Source: Strigamia acuminata (lineage: Eukaryota). Taken from it: a stretch of DNA of 64,000 bases. Positions 40,708-54,154 of this stretch are shown here, one piece after another. Numbering within the stretch: the first letter of the stretch is position 1; the number at the start of each line of letters is the position of its first letter. The stretch is taken from NCBI GenBank assembly GCA_949358305.1, contig OX442314.1:17918001-17982000 (forward strand), written 5' to 3'. Position numbers and translations under genes: made by a program. The notes beneath the pieces were generated by a model, which saw only the letters and a list, made by a program, of their open reading frames with translations, did not search any database and was not told the DNA's origin.

Positions 40708-43700
40708 TGGCACGGTCACTTGATTTTCTGCCTAATTTGATCTAAATTTGTAGGTAAACACTGTAAAATGAGAATCGTTTTTTTTCCTCGTCAGATTAAC
40801 GAAATGATCAAGTCAGTGACCGCACCGATAAAAACGAGAAGCGAGCTGCCACTGACTTGGCAAAACAAAATTTCGAGAGCACGGAGCGGGTGTGCCTGTC
40901 ACTCTTCTCACCAGACATTGGAATGGGAGAGAAAAAAAGAAACGAAGCTGACTTGCATAATCTTCTCCGCCATACAAAGATCTAATGAAGCATGACAGAC
41001 CTTTTCTTTGCTCACATTTCTGGAAACCAAAAAAAAAACAAAAAAAACAAAAAAAAAAATTTAAAATCTCCGATTTCGCACATCATGCATTGAGACACCT
41101 CTCCGACCGTCAGAATAGTGAAAGGGGTCGCGTGTAAACTGGGCAGTTGATCTCTGACCCTTAAATCTGCCCATCATCAACCCAATTGCATCGTGACACC
41201 CTCCCCTGACATTTTCAACTCGCGGCTTCCCATTCATACATACTCAACGAGCCTTGCAAACCTTTGAATTGTGCACTCAATTTCATCCAATCCGCATCGC
41301 ACATTTTTTTAAAAAACAGACGAATAAAAAGTCAAGAAAAATCACAATTAATAAAATTAACTTTTTTTTCAAACAAATATATTTTTTAAAATGAAAGAAT
41401 TGATCTACTAATCGATCCTCATTTTTTGTTCGTGTCCCTTCTAATTTCTAACCACTCAAAACGTCTATCTCGTTCTACCATTTCAACTAAGACAATTACT
41501 TTCTAACACCTCAACCGTTTTTTTTTCTTAATCTCCTAATTTTTTATTCCCACCTTTCAACTCCGCCCGACTCATTAAAAGTTCGATATGTTATTTTTTT
41601 TCTTTCTTCTTCTGGGATGTATCTCCACTTTATCTACACGCGTGTTCTGCCATAAGATCTACTAATGGACCTGTCTAACATGCAGCCGGCTGCCATCACA
41701 AAATACCTACCTCATTGCAAAATGCCCTCTACAACAAACCCTCACCTTACCACCAACCAAATGCCTCGCAGGCAAATCGTAACTTACGGCCAAAAGAGGA
41801 GAAGGAGGCACTTATTTACGCCATTACAACACTGAGCAATTATTAGTCCAACCAAGGTTTTTCGCATTTTTTTTCCCTTTAAACTTTTAATACACGAACG
41901 GATTTGGGCGGAAAATTATCCCCTATTCACAATTCTATATTAATTTCTATTGTTCTCTTCTACAAAAAAAAATATATATTATTTTTAATTTTTCTTTTTA
42001 GTATGTGGATGTACCGAAAATTAAATTTACATCAAGGCAGGAGGGACTGTACCATTAAGAATTGGAAATACTCCAATTAAAATCAAAGTAATTTGAAGCT
42101 AATAACTAATTTTATTGTATATTATTATAAATAAAAATATAAAATTAAACCATTTTTATTGCGGATCCGTTATGTAATCTCAAAATTGTTGCAATCCGCA
42201 ATTTAAACCTGATTTATGTGGCAAAACCAAAAATGGTAGAATGATTCCTCCCTAATCTTTTCCCTCATAATTTCGGTAATTTCTCTAATCTAGTGTTTTC
42301 ATTTTACTGACCCCTCTCTATTTTCCTTTCTTTTTACCGAAACTACCTAGGGGAATAAAGTTTTAGGGGAAAAAAAATATTTAAGTCTTGTCAAAGTATG
42401 CAGCTGGTCCAAAATTAAGATAAGAGAAGACAGTAAATAAATAATTTACTGGCACTGGCCTTAGTTTCAAAGATCCTGTCTGCGAATCTGGAATAAAAAA
42501 GAAATTTACAAACGTTTTCAATTCCACACAAGTTGAAGAATTGAGACACGAAAATAAATTTGATTTCCATGAAGCTTAATTTATTCCAAAGTGTGAAAGA
42601 AAACTTATTTCCTGTTGTCAAGAAATATTTCCAGCACATAAATCGCACTCATCACTTAGGCAAAAATATCTCTAAACAGGTTTTTTTTTTATTTATTTTT
42701 AATTTTAATATATAACGCTAAAAGATTGGAGTTTCCTCTGCATTAAAATTATTATTCACTTTTCAAGTTGTAATCTCTTACAAGATTAAGCTCATATCCC
42801 CTTATATGGGTGTGGTTGTGTTCACCGCACTTGTTATTCTATCAATGTCCACTGTTCAACAAACTTCGAGACATTTTCAACCCCTCGCAAAAAAAGCCTT
42901 AACTCAATTTGTAGTAAATCGAATAACCTATATTTTGCCAATTTCAGCAAATTAACCCAATTATAAAATATTTCTTTTAAAAAAAAAATAAAATAAATAA
43001 AATCAAAGCTATAAAATTGTCGGAAATTAATAACATGATATAAAAATATTTATTCGAAAAATCCCCAAAATGGGTGTAAATATTTCACCAATAAATCTAA
43101 AAACCAAAAAAAAAAACTAAATTAAAAATAAATAAAAAAATAAAAAAAAGAAATTAAATGTAATGATTTATTTTCTATAAACATAATTATCATATTTACC
43201 ACAAAAAAAATATATATATACGAAATCTCAAGTTCAAACTGTGGGCTTGATATTTATATTTAATAAATAATTCAAATCTCGTCCTTGGAAAAATCAACAT
43301 AAAAGAAAGAAAAAAAGAGCTCCATATGATGGTGATTCTTCGTACTATGAGAAAGAGGGAGAAAAGGAGAAGAATGTCAAATGAAAGGAGCTTTCTCTTG
43401 TCGACTTCATCCCTCCACCCTCCCATCTTCTGTGGTCTGACGTGAGCTACAAGTTGTTTTGGCAGGCCTCACGTAAGCGCGTGATTTAAAGCGAAATGTA
43501 ATGGCGACGCCAATCAAGACACCTCAAAAATCTCATTTGAACATGGTTCAAATGGAAAATTAAATTAAATGTGAAAAGATGGCTATAAAAAACACAATAA
43601 AAATTAATAAGAAAAGAAAAAATGGCCGCAATTCCCAAACTTCCAAATTGATTCTTACACGAGGAAGAAAAAAGGTTCATAGGTGCGCTGAGGGACCCAA

Positions 43701-45475
43701 AATAACCGGTGATGAATAATCGAGGGTCCGTGGCCCGATCAAAGGGGACACGCTTGTCGTCTGGTTGGCGCGAGTACACCGTATCGAACGCGCACCACTA
43801 GCGTCTCCCTACCCACTCTATCAGACTACACACCCCTTTTAAAAAAATTTAAAAAACACCACCACCTTGAGGCACCATATGTTGTAAAGTGACAAGTGTG
43901 ACCAAACTGAAAAATCCACACGATTTTTATATTTTTTCCTTCTCTTTTATGTTTTAAAAGGAAAGAAAATAAAGAAAAAACAATTTCTTTTTTTTTAAAA
44001 GTCATTTGAAAGAATTTAGGACAAGAGACAATTTGGAAAAAAAAATCAAAAAACAAAAATAATATCGCATGATTGGATGTTATTTTTAAAATTGAGAGCC
44101 GCATTGTGTTTGTTTAAAAAAACTCTTGCCGACGCCATCTATTGGAAGTCAGAAAAAGTTTTCTTGTAACGGTATAAGCGTTGAAGTTAAAAAATTAAAT
44201 TTTTAAGATGAAACATAAAGTTTAGAATGATTTTTCAACATTGGAGCAGATGAAAGGGGATTTGACGGTGGAAAAAAAAATGTTATATAGAATTAGAAAT
44301 TTCGTTTTATTATTAATGATCGTAAAGGTGTTTCAGGTAGACTAACCATTTGTTTTCATCACAATACTCAACTGACACCCCTAGAAAAAGTGGAAATTAA
44401 CAAAAGATCTTATGCAGGTTCGACAAAACTCGTTTTCAGCAATCACTCATCACATCCTTACACAACATCAAGTAAAAATAAAATAATAATAATAAAAAAA
44501 AATCATCACTTGGCAACAACAACAAAAAACACTTTTAAGAAATTCTTTCTTCTACGGTTCCACACTAATTGCATATAATTAAGGTTTGGAACAAAAAAAT
44601 TATAATTGTCAAGGAAATAAACAAAAACACCTGCTTTTAAACTTAAATTGCGCCGAAACCGCCAAAAAAATGTTAATGTGTAAAATGTTGGATATTCTCA
44701 AATCCATTCCATTCTAATGTAAAATTAATTTTTAATCATAATAAGGAGATTGAACCAGAAATTTCAAAAAAAAAAATATTTTTTCATTTTTTTTTTCCAC
44801 TTACGATAATTTTCAAATAAAAAAATCCTAGAAAGAAGGAAAAAAAACGTGAAGAAAATGATCGATGAAGTCGTTTAGCGTTAACTTCATTTACCAGTTT
44901 CGAACTATAAAAAATTTTGAACTTTTCCAACAAATTTAAAAAGAAAATCGATTAACTTTTTGTATTTTTTTTAAATTTATTGACAAAACTATAAAGTTGT
45001 CAAAAATAATAATTATAAAAAAATAATAAATAAAAAGATATTTTCCAAAGATTAGATTATAAACGGAGTCTGCATAAAAGTTGAACAAACTAAACGAATC
45101 TCAAGTATTCCAAGTGCACTACACCGGATTTATATCTGGTGAGAAAAACTAACAATCGAAATCCCCGCAAATTTTCAATAAGTGTCAAGTCAATAGACTT
45201 TAAGGGATATCGTTGAGAAATTCCCTCTGAAAACAGCTTCCCTATAGGATAATCTAATGAAGCTATTGGTAGAACCCCAAACTTCGGACAGGGACTTTCT
45301 CCAGAAGAATGGACGCCAATTTTTCAAGCAGCAGGGGATTGTGGATAAGGATGAAGTGGGGATAAGAGCACAAGAAAGATAATTTTTGCCACTGCCACTT
45401 TCTTTGAAAAATTAACAAAAGCCTTTATCTACTCATAATTTACAGCCAAAAAATAAAATAAACCAAATTCGTCTT

Positions 45476-45477
<2 letters not shown>

Positions 45478-45513
<36 letters not shown>
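45478..45513. repeat. (TAA)12 microsatellite
   Basis: Read directly from the sequence. Confidence 0.95.
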
Positions 45514-45514
<1 letters not shown>

Positions 45515-47839
45515 CTATAATATTTTTTAAAAAAATTTCTCCAAATCTATAATTAAATACGATCGCTTCGCTTCTTTTCCCCGTTTTCGCAACCTCATTA
45601 CAGTAGTTGTTGCGGGTGTGTTGATCAGCGTTTTCTTACATTTCCTTCCTTTTTTCTGGATTTCTTTATGACTGACAGTACTAATTAGACGACATTGTTC
45701 TCGCCTCAGATGCCGCGAATCATTTTTCTTTCTCATTCAATTGGCTCCTTCACTTTTTTCACCATCAAATAACAAAAGTCACTGATATCAAGAAGGGTGA
45801 TAAAGCTGTCGAGCGATGGTGTGTGGCAGCCCGCGTGACGAATGGACGCTCGCATGAATTGACGTCCTGTAAGGGGAACGCACCCACAACTCACCTATGG
45901 ACTCTTTCATCCTTAAATACCACCATTTACGAATTCAAAAAAAAAATTATGATTCAAATCTCAAACTCCACATTCAATATTAAGTCAAAAAATAAATTAA
46001 AAAGAGGGGGAAGAAAAAAGTTAAAAAAAAAATAAAAAAAAATTTCATTATAGACAAATGTGAATTGCTTTTTGGAAAATGAATTTTTACCTTACATCTT
46101 GCCTGAGGTAAAGTCGTGTGCCAAAGTACCCACCCAGATGCGCACGCCTTTAAAATTTCATTCTTAATACTCTACTTTTTCCCAGGCATCAAATGGGACA
46201 TTGGAATTTCGTGTATCATTCAAAAAAAAAAAACTTTTTCCCTGATGCCATTAAAATCTCAACAATTTTCATTTCATGTTTGTTGTGATCAAAACATCAA
46301 AATTAAAAAAAAAAAATTACTTCTCAACAGTCATTCAGCGAATCCGAAGTCTATATATAATGGAAGGAAAAAAAATTGAAAATAGAATGGGAAAACTGAA
46401 AATTGAACGACTACAGATAGAATCAGTTAATTGGAGTGATGTCAAATGGAAGCCTTGGAAAATGTTGTTAATGGACATCACCTAAGTAGCTCTAGGCGCT
46501 TTTAAACGCCGAATGTCTAAAGACCCGTAACTGGACTCGGCCAAATCGAGGAAAAAGGTCGTTTCATTAGTCAACCTGTCACCGCATACTCGAATTATGG
46601 CAAACCAAGTTCAAGTAAAATTAAGTTGCCTCCCTCTTTAAAAAAAAATTATATTTTTATTTTTAAAAAAAAAAAGAAAAAAGAAGAGTAAGGTGATGGG
46701 TGGTGAAGGGCAAAATTGGAGAAAACGAGATGGGTGCGGTGCAAAACGAACACCTCATTTACTCTCGCTACAGATTGGTTCACCTTTGATCCCCGAGATG
46801 ATTAAGAGCAACTGTGGCAGTGAGAAAATGTGGAATGGACGGTCATTCCAATAAGACATCGGTCTAACCCCCACCAAAAAAAAAAATTCACTTCCGGTTT
46901 TTGTGGTTTTTCTAATGAAAATATATTCCCGATTTTTTATTATTATATTTTCTTTCATTTCAAAAGCGTAATAAAGAATTTTATGTTTAGATTAATAAAA
47001 ACCTCACATTAAATTTATATCCGTATACTATATTAAATTTTATATTTTTTTATCATGTCATAATTTTACTTTTATAATAAACGTTTTCTTCACGTCGTAA
47101 AACAAAGGACACGGTTGAAAAATCCTTCACATTGAATTATTACAACTAATTAATCCACTAATAAATCTCCACGCAAATCAATCTGATGGAAGCTGCAACC
47201 TTTTCCATATTCAGAACGAAAGCGAACGTTCCCTAATTCCAGATTAACATGTGCTCCATAATAAAACTTCTCTAAACAAAAATTTGGTTACGATTTAGGC
47301 CTAAGGGGGAAGATTCTATCGGTTATCACGCACCAAATCAAGTTCAGAATGCCATGAATAGAAATTAATTTCCATCATTTGTAAATATAAAGTCACAAGC
47401 GGAAGTCAGATTGAAATCTATTCTAAGTAAAGGGTCAAAGAGCACTCATAGAAATCACAAACATCGAGAGATCAGTTTGCCTCCTCCATCATGCATTGAA
47501 TTTATCCCGGCCGCACACCCAATTCAAATAGTATTCAAACAAAAATTACTCACTCTTGGTCTTGGTTTAGCGACTTCTTGCTTCTTCCTTTTGCCACCCC
47601 ACGGTGTCTTATTCCAAATCCATTTCTGCTTTCTAAAAATAAATTTAAATAAAAGCAAATTAAACATTATATGGCGTGATAGAATATCAACCGCGAAAAC
47701 AAAAATTGAAATTAATACAAATACAAAGTTTTAAGATACGTTGTTTTACAATTGTAATTGTAAATTTCTTTAAAACGAAAAAATACACAAAAAAATAATT
47801 ATTTTGGACAGTGCAAAAAATAATTGAGTTTTTAAAATA

Positions 47840-48078
47840 CCGTATTTTATCGATTAAGAGCGGCGGCTCTTATTCAAAACTGCCATTTTTGTCAGCAATT
47901 ACAATTTCGGTTTTTCGTTTGTTACATTTGTTTAATGTATAAATCGATGTCTGAACGTCACGAACGAAGCGTACGTTCATCGTTCGTGAGGTTAAATATG
48001 GAAACAATGCCGTACTTTTGCAAAAATACGGTATTCTTGGTGTCTCAGCCGCGGCTACTCTTAATCGGTAAAATACGG
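47840..48078. mobile_element. Non-autonomous Tc1/mariner(pogo)-type MITE, 239 bp
   Basis: 21-bp TIRs: left CCGTATTTTATCGATTAAGAG, right (reverse complement) CCGTATTTTACCGATTAAGAG, one mismatch; TA on both sides (47838-39, 48079-80); no ORF. Confidence 0.85.
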
Positions 48079-51000
48079 TAGCTTTAAATTGACGATTTTT
48101 GGTTAAAACTACTGCCTTGATTTTGCTTTACACTTAAATTAGATTGATTATAAAAATTATGTCCCCAACATAGGACTATAAGTTATTCCATCCGAAACAA
48201 AATGCTGAAATAATTGACACGCCAATCCATCAAAATGTTAAAACGAAACAATAGCTGCATTTGAAAATAGAAAACCGCAGCAGATTGCTCTACCACGATC
48301 CAGGTGTGTGTCGGCTAAATTGTTAACGTAAATTGATTACCTGATTTACCTCGCGTACAATTTCATTCATCCCCTTCCTTTTACTACGTTAACAAACAAC
48401 AAACAATACCTCAACCAGCGTTGTTAATCTCAACTACGATCCTTTTTCTTTTCTTTATTCTCCATCTTTTCCGTCTTTTCAATCTTTGCGGTTCGAACAG
48501 TTTCCCTAGTTTTGTTGTTCATTGTTGAGTGTAACAATCCCCCTTACACCTACCAATGTAATTACAAATATTCAAATTTGGTCACTAATAGGAAAAAAAA
48601 GAATGAAGAAGGTAAACCAACACTCTGAGTGGGAGGTCTTAAAATGTATTCGATGACATCAAAGGCGGAGTATTTTTTTTCTACTTCTCTTTTCATTTCC
48701 CCCTTTCGATTCTGTGTTGAATACACTGAAGGTTTAAGCATCCTCGAGCAAACTACGCGTGAGCGGCATTTTATTAATCTCGTTCCACATTTTGACGATA
48801 AAACATTCCTTTCAAAAGATGGATCCACCAGTTTTATATCACTTTTCACCCATCCCTTTCTTACCAGATGTTCACATGGATTCAGTTACCTTATAAGGTT
48901 AAAAAAAATAAAGTTGTTTCGAAATAAATAAATTTAAATTGCAAGATATAAAAAAAAATAAGTCCCAGAAAAAATTAAAAGATACGGCTACAGGATGAGT
49001 TTTTTCCCCGAGGTTCAAATATAATTTTATCCCCACCCGCATTTTTATAACATATTTATAGAAATTCCCCCTTTAATTGCAACTCTAAATGTTAAATAAA
49101 TGCAAACTCGGCCTCCAGCATCATCATTCAACCAAACGTTGACCATTTCTTACAAATTTACACACCCCGTTGTCCACTTGATATGGTCAATGAATAAAGA
49201 TTAGTCGAGAGGACAAGATTTTTCCATTTCATTTCACGTGACGAGTTTGGATAAGAGAAAGCACCTTTTTTTTATTACCAAAATTTAAAGGGTCCTCAAA
49301 ACCTATGATCGATCGTCAGGTGGTGTAAAGATCGCACCCCATGGAGATCAATCACTTCAATTCCCACCCCCAACCCCTAATTCAAAAGCCAGAGGGGAGA
49401 TACCTGCAGCATCGGATGACGAAGCTCGCTTACTTTTCACTGAACCAATCATTTTTCCACAATTCCCCTAAACCTTAAACCTGCGCGCAAATTCCCTCCG
49501 GACGTCTTCTTCACCTCTCCCTTGCACCGTGTGTCAAGTGCATCGAGACCCGGGACACCGCGCACGCTGTCTAGACAGGCGGGATTAGATTCAAACGAAT
49601 CATCATAACCTCAACGTCCAAAACGGACCCATAATTTCAATTTATACATTACATTTAATTCGAAAATATTCTCAACAAAGAAAACGAAAAAAAGCTAAAC
49701 CCTTGACCGGTTACACAGTTTACACTGCACTTTCAATTCCGAGTCTTGAGTTTGACACACTGCCCCATTGGTATAGAGAAAAAAAGTCGCATTGGAATTC
49801 TAGGACTAGGTCCTTATCTCGTGGGTGTTCTTTTGGTTGAAAAAGGGGGTTGCCTAGTAGGAGGGTGTCCGCACCCCTTATCCATTCGGAACCAACCAAG
49901 TGAAATTGCCCGTAGCCTTTCTGAGCAGGTCTGTAAATGGACGACTGGTATCAGAAAGAGGACGAGGAGGGTAAAGGGGAGGAGAACAAGGAAGAGGCGA
50001 ACAGAAGAAGATCCCTTATACCCTAACTTCCTCTCCCCTTTCGGAACAAGGGACCTCGAAAAAGGGGGAATGTCGACAAAAAATGAAACGTCATCAAAAT
50101 TGGTCATAGACAAGTCCGCAACGACGACCTCAATCTGAATTTAGGTAAATTTCTCTTTTTTTACACTCACCCTTAAAAGGGGTCGCAAATGAGAGGTAGG
50201 GGTGGTCGAAAGCGTCTCCAGATTTCATGCAAATGAAGTTGAAGGGTCCCAATGTGTTGGCCACTTGACAAATTGATTGCCAAATAACGGAAATTGCACA
50301 AAAGACATTACCGGAGTGACACGGACTCACTTGACATGTCCAAGCGTTAAAAATAGCCACATTTTTATGTTTTCATTCATTTATTTTTTTCTGGCGATGG
50401 TTTAAGGTACCTACAATACTTCCTGTGTTCCTCGTGCTGTCAGGACAGTGACACAATAAAATTCCCGTTTTAAATAGCGCACTGGTGACCCAGAAAAGAA
50501 GGGGAAAGGAAGAGCGATGGAGAGAAGGACGGGGAGTAAAAAGAAAGAAGGGTTTTCAAATGGGTTAGTAAAAAAATAAAGGCCACACACAGTGAGAATG
50601 CATAGGTTATTCAATGGGTTATTCTTATTACGGCGGACATGATAAAAATGGGAAGAAACGCAAATCAAATCAAAATTTCTCACCGAGCGAAAGTATCGCG
50701 CGCGCAAAAAAAAAGTTGCGCCTAGTGTTAAAAATAGGCTTAGTAGAGAGACGAGGGGCGGGGGGAAAGGGTTGGGGCGAGGGGTTTAGAGACGAGGGGG
50801 TTGCCAAACAACAGCCGGGTTACTCATTTGGAATGCAAAACCGGAGAAGAAAAAAGAGAAATCGTCTGAAATCTGAAGGCATATCCCCCACCCTTTCCTC
50901 TCTCTTTTCGTCCGTTTTTCCCCTTGTGTTTGAAAAACCGGATTTTTTTAAAGGTTCTTTTCTCTGTTGTGTCCCTCAGTGAGGGTAGGAAGGATGCAGA

Positions 51001-54000
51001 AGGAGGGCCTTTTGGGAAATGGAGAAAAAAAATATATATAAAAGAAAGGGTGTCCGTCTGTCATGGGATGTGTTGCATACGAGAACCATGTCTGATCAAC
51101 TCCCCCCGTCAACAAGAAGTTTAAATCACACCCCAACGCACTAAAACCCTCTCCCTGTATTAAACCCTTTGCATCCTAACAAAAGTGAAACTCATGGCAA
51201 AACTTCAATCCAATTTTCAATGCTTCTCTTCCAAGAAAACAGAAAAGTGCATTGTGTTTTGCACCAGTAATGAAGAATATTAAAACCCAACGCTCGAGTT
51301 ACCCACATGCGTAACTTACAGTAACCGCAGTGTTGACAACCTTCCCATAGTGCTTCGAAAATACATTAAAATTATATTGCGATGCAAAATGCATTGGGTC
51401 TCACAAGAATGCATTCTAGAATACTTACATTTTTGCATGCTATTGCTTTGCAAATGATAATACATTTTAACAAAATGTATTTATGAAATGCATTATTTAA
51501 TATACAAATAATACACGTTTATACTTCTATTTCATATGCATATCACTTTGGTGTTTTTATTACGAAAAGATTAAATGACAAATTAAATACGCGATTTTAC
51601 CAAAGGCTTTCGATCGCTTCCAGTCATCTTCAGTGGTTGCACAAATAATACTATATACTTAATTCCGTGAAATGCTTTATGGGTTAGAAATGATCAAACT
51701 GTGTAGTACGCATGAAATAATTGCAATGATAGTACCAGCACGACTACTAGAGCCGTCTGCAGTTTTGGATGAAATTTGTGCTTATAGCATCTTTGTTTTA
51801 CACGAATAAATTGATAATTAAATGTTATTGCTGAAGGTTTAAATGCTTTAAAATAGCAACCTTGGTCTAATAATAAAAAAAAACCCAAGCCAAAAAGTGA
51901 TTTATAGCATGTAAATATGGTCCCAGTAAGATTACATTCATTATTATTACAAGTGATAAAATGAATTGATGATACAGAATTAGGTTAAAATTCACATTTA
52001 AAAATGAATTAGTACTTCAGACAGAATGAAAAAACATGGATATTGATAATTATTCTAGTCTATAAATCAGGTTTAGCAAGAGTTAAGAGCTGCGAATGAT
52101 GCAAGCAAACCAAAAAAAGATTTTCAAAAACAAGTCCCAACTTCTGAAACTACATGTGCTGCGTGCATTAAATAATTAGGAGGAAAGAATCCGTCCAAAA
52201 CTTGTAATTTCAAAGAATATGAAATATTGTAATGGATGTGTTTGATGCTAAGGTGTGTAGATGCTGGCCCCGAGGTAGAGTGGGTGACTGAGGCGTGCCG
52301 CCAACGCGCTCCCACTTACACCATTCTCTGATGGAGACAAATGGGAAGAAAATTATCATTAATTAGATACCTTCTTCAAGATTTCGTCTTGGGTATAGAA
52401 ATAAAAGGTGAAAAAAAATTTATGAAAAGACCATTTAAAAATTCGTTTTGCTCCGCACTCCCTTCCCATCCCAGCAAGATGTCTCATTGACATTAAATCC
52501 TTCGTTTATAAAGAATGGCAATGTCCAAGGCCGCCAAGAAGCCAATGATCTGCAAAACTGGAGCTCATTCCGTATGAAATTGAGGTTGCAACTTCTTATG
52601 ACTGCAGGTGCTGGCTTAAAAGCATTACCTATTTTTTTATCCATAAAAAGATGAAAGTTTACTTAAAATAAAATTTCAAAGGTGGAAAAAATATATATAT
52701 AGAAAAAAGAAAAAGAAAAAACAGTTTAATTAATGAATGCGCCTCTAGCTGTCTTAAAGAACCAAACTTCCTCACATAATTTATAACTACAGCAATAAGG
52801 GCGAGGCAAGGGAAAACAAAATGGCACTGGATGAATTGCGGGGGTGCCAAGGGGCAGATTGAATTTATTTAAAAAAAATTTCTGCATTTTTTTAAATGTT
52901 TCTAATGTTTTTACGAGAGTAAAAAATAATTTTAATGTCGATTTCTTCAAAAAACAAAAGATTATTGCAACAGGTTGCAAAATTGCATTGTTTCCTCAAT
53001 TATTTCTCAATCTTACCTTGCCAGGTTGTGATTGGTACTTAACCCAGAACATAAAATGATTTAATCATGTTGGGACTTAGAAACATAAATTTTTCGCCCG
53101 AAGAAAACTAAATACCTTCGTCCAATATTTTCCACATCATCTTTGATAAATGAGCCACACCTCAGTACCTCACTTCATTTAATGCTCCAATTTGAGCTCT
53201 TGGCACACATTAAGCAAACCTGAATTACATTCGAAAATAGATATAATTTCACATTTCTGATGTTTCTCGCTATAAATCCTTTAAAGATTGTGCCGGTAAA
53301 CACATAAACAACGTTGTCTATTTTCCAAATCTATAAAAATGTCAAACTAGACTTCGCATATTCAAATGCGAACATATATCTTGGCACTTTAAACATTTAA
53401 ATTTCAACAATTTTTCAACACCTAGAACAATGACACAATTTATGTACACACAAAGACTATAAAAAAGAAAGGCATTAAAAAATGCAAAACGTAATAACAG
53501 AACATAGCATCAACAGGGTCACATTTTTCACATGTCATGTCTTTGTCCAATGCGGCGTCTCACATGACAGTCATTGGATTAAAGGCAAATGCCATGAGAC
53601 ATGACAAGTAGTGACGAAGCCCAAAGAATAATAATGCGATTTTTTTTTTATTAAATTTTTTTTCCTTTCGTCCTAATGCAACGCGACTTCGTCGAATTTT
53701 CTACAAAAAGATCAAAGATCAAATTCCTTGAATACTCAAAAAGATGTCACGACAAAAAAATAAATTTTTTTTTTTTAAAAATTTTTTTTTTCTCCTCACA
53801 ACCGACCACTCACTATCAGAAGCAGAATAAAAGCGACAGCAAACAACTTAGTAGTGCCCTATAATCAACCAAAATATTTTTTGCCCCCCTCTGCGTCCAT
53901 TGCCTCACATACTTTTTCCCAAATCACATAAGAAAATTACGGGAGATTTTTTTCATACTATTATTTTCTTTAACCTTTTTTTTTAAACGAATTTATTGCC

Positions 54001-54114
54001 AAATCCCCTATATTTTTTAATTTAATTTTTAAAACCAAAAAAAAAAAATTATTTTTTTGGAATTTTTATACAAACACACCCCAGTTGCATGACAGTGAAA
54101 AAGTAGGAAACAAC

Positions 54115-54118
<4 letters not shown>

Positions 54119-54152
<34 letters not shown>
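54119..54152. repeat. Poly(A) tract, 34 nt
   Basis: Read directly from the sequence. Confidence 0.95.

Positions 54153-54154
<2 letters not shown>

Noticed and set aside
52820..52843. AATGGCACTGGATGAATTGCGGGG resembles mature miR-263a
   Set aside because: Several mismatches and no complementary star arm on either side.
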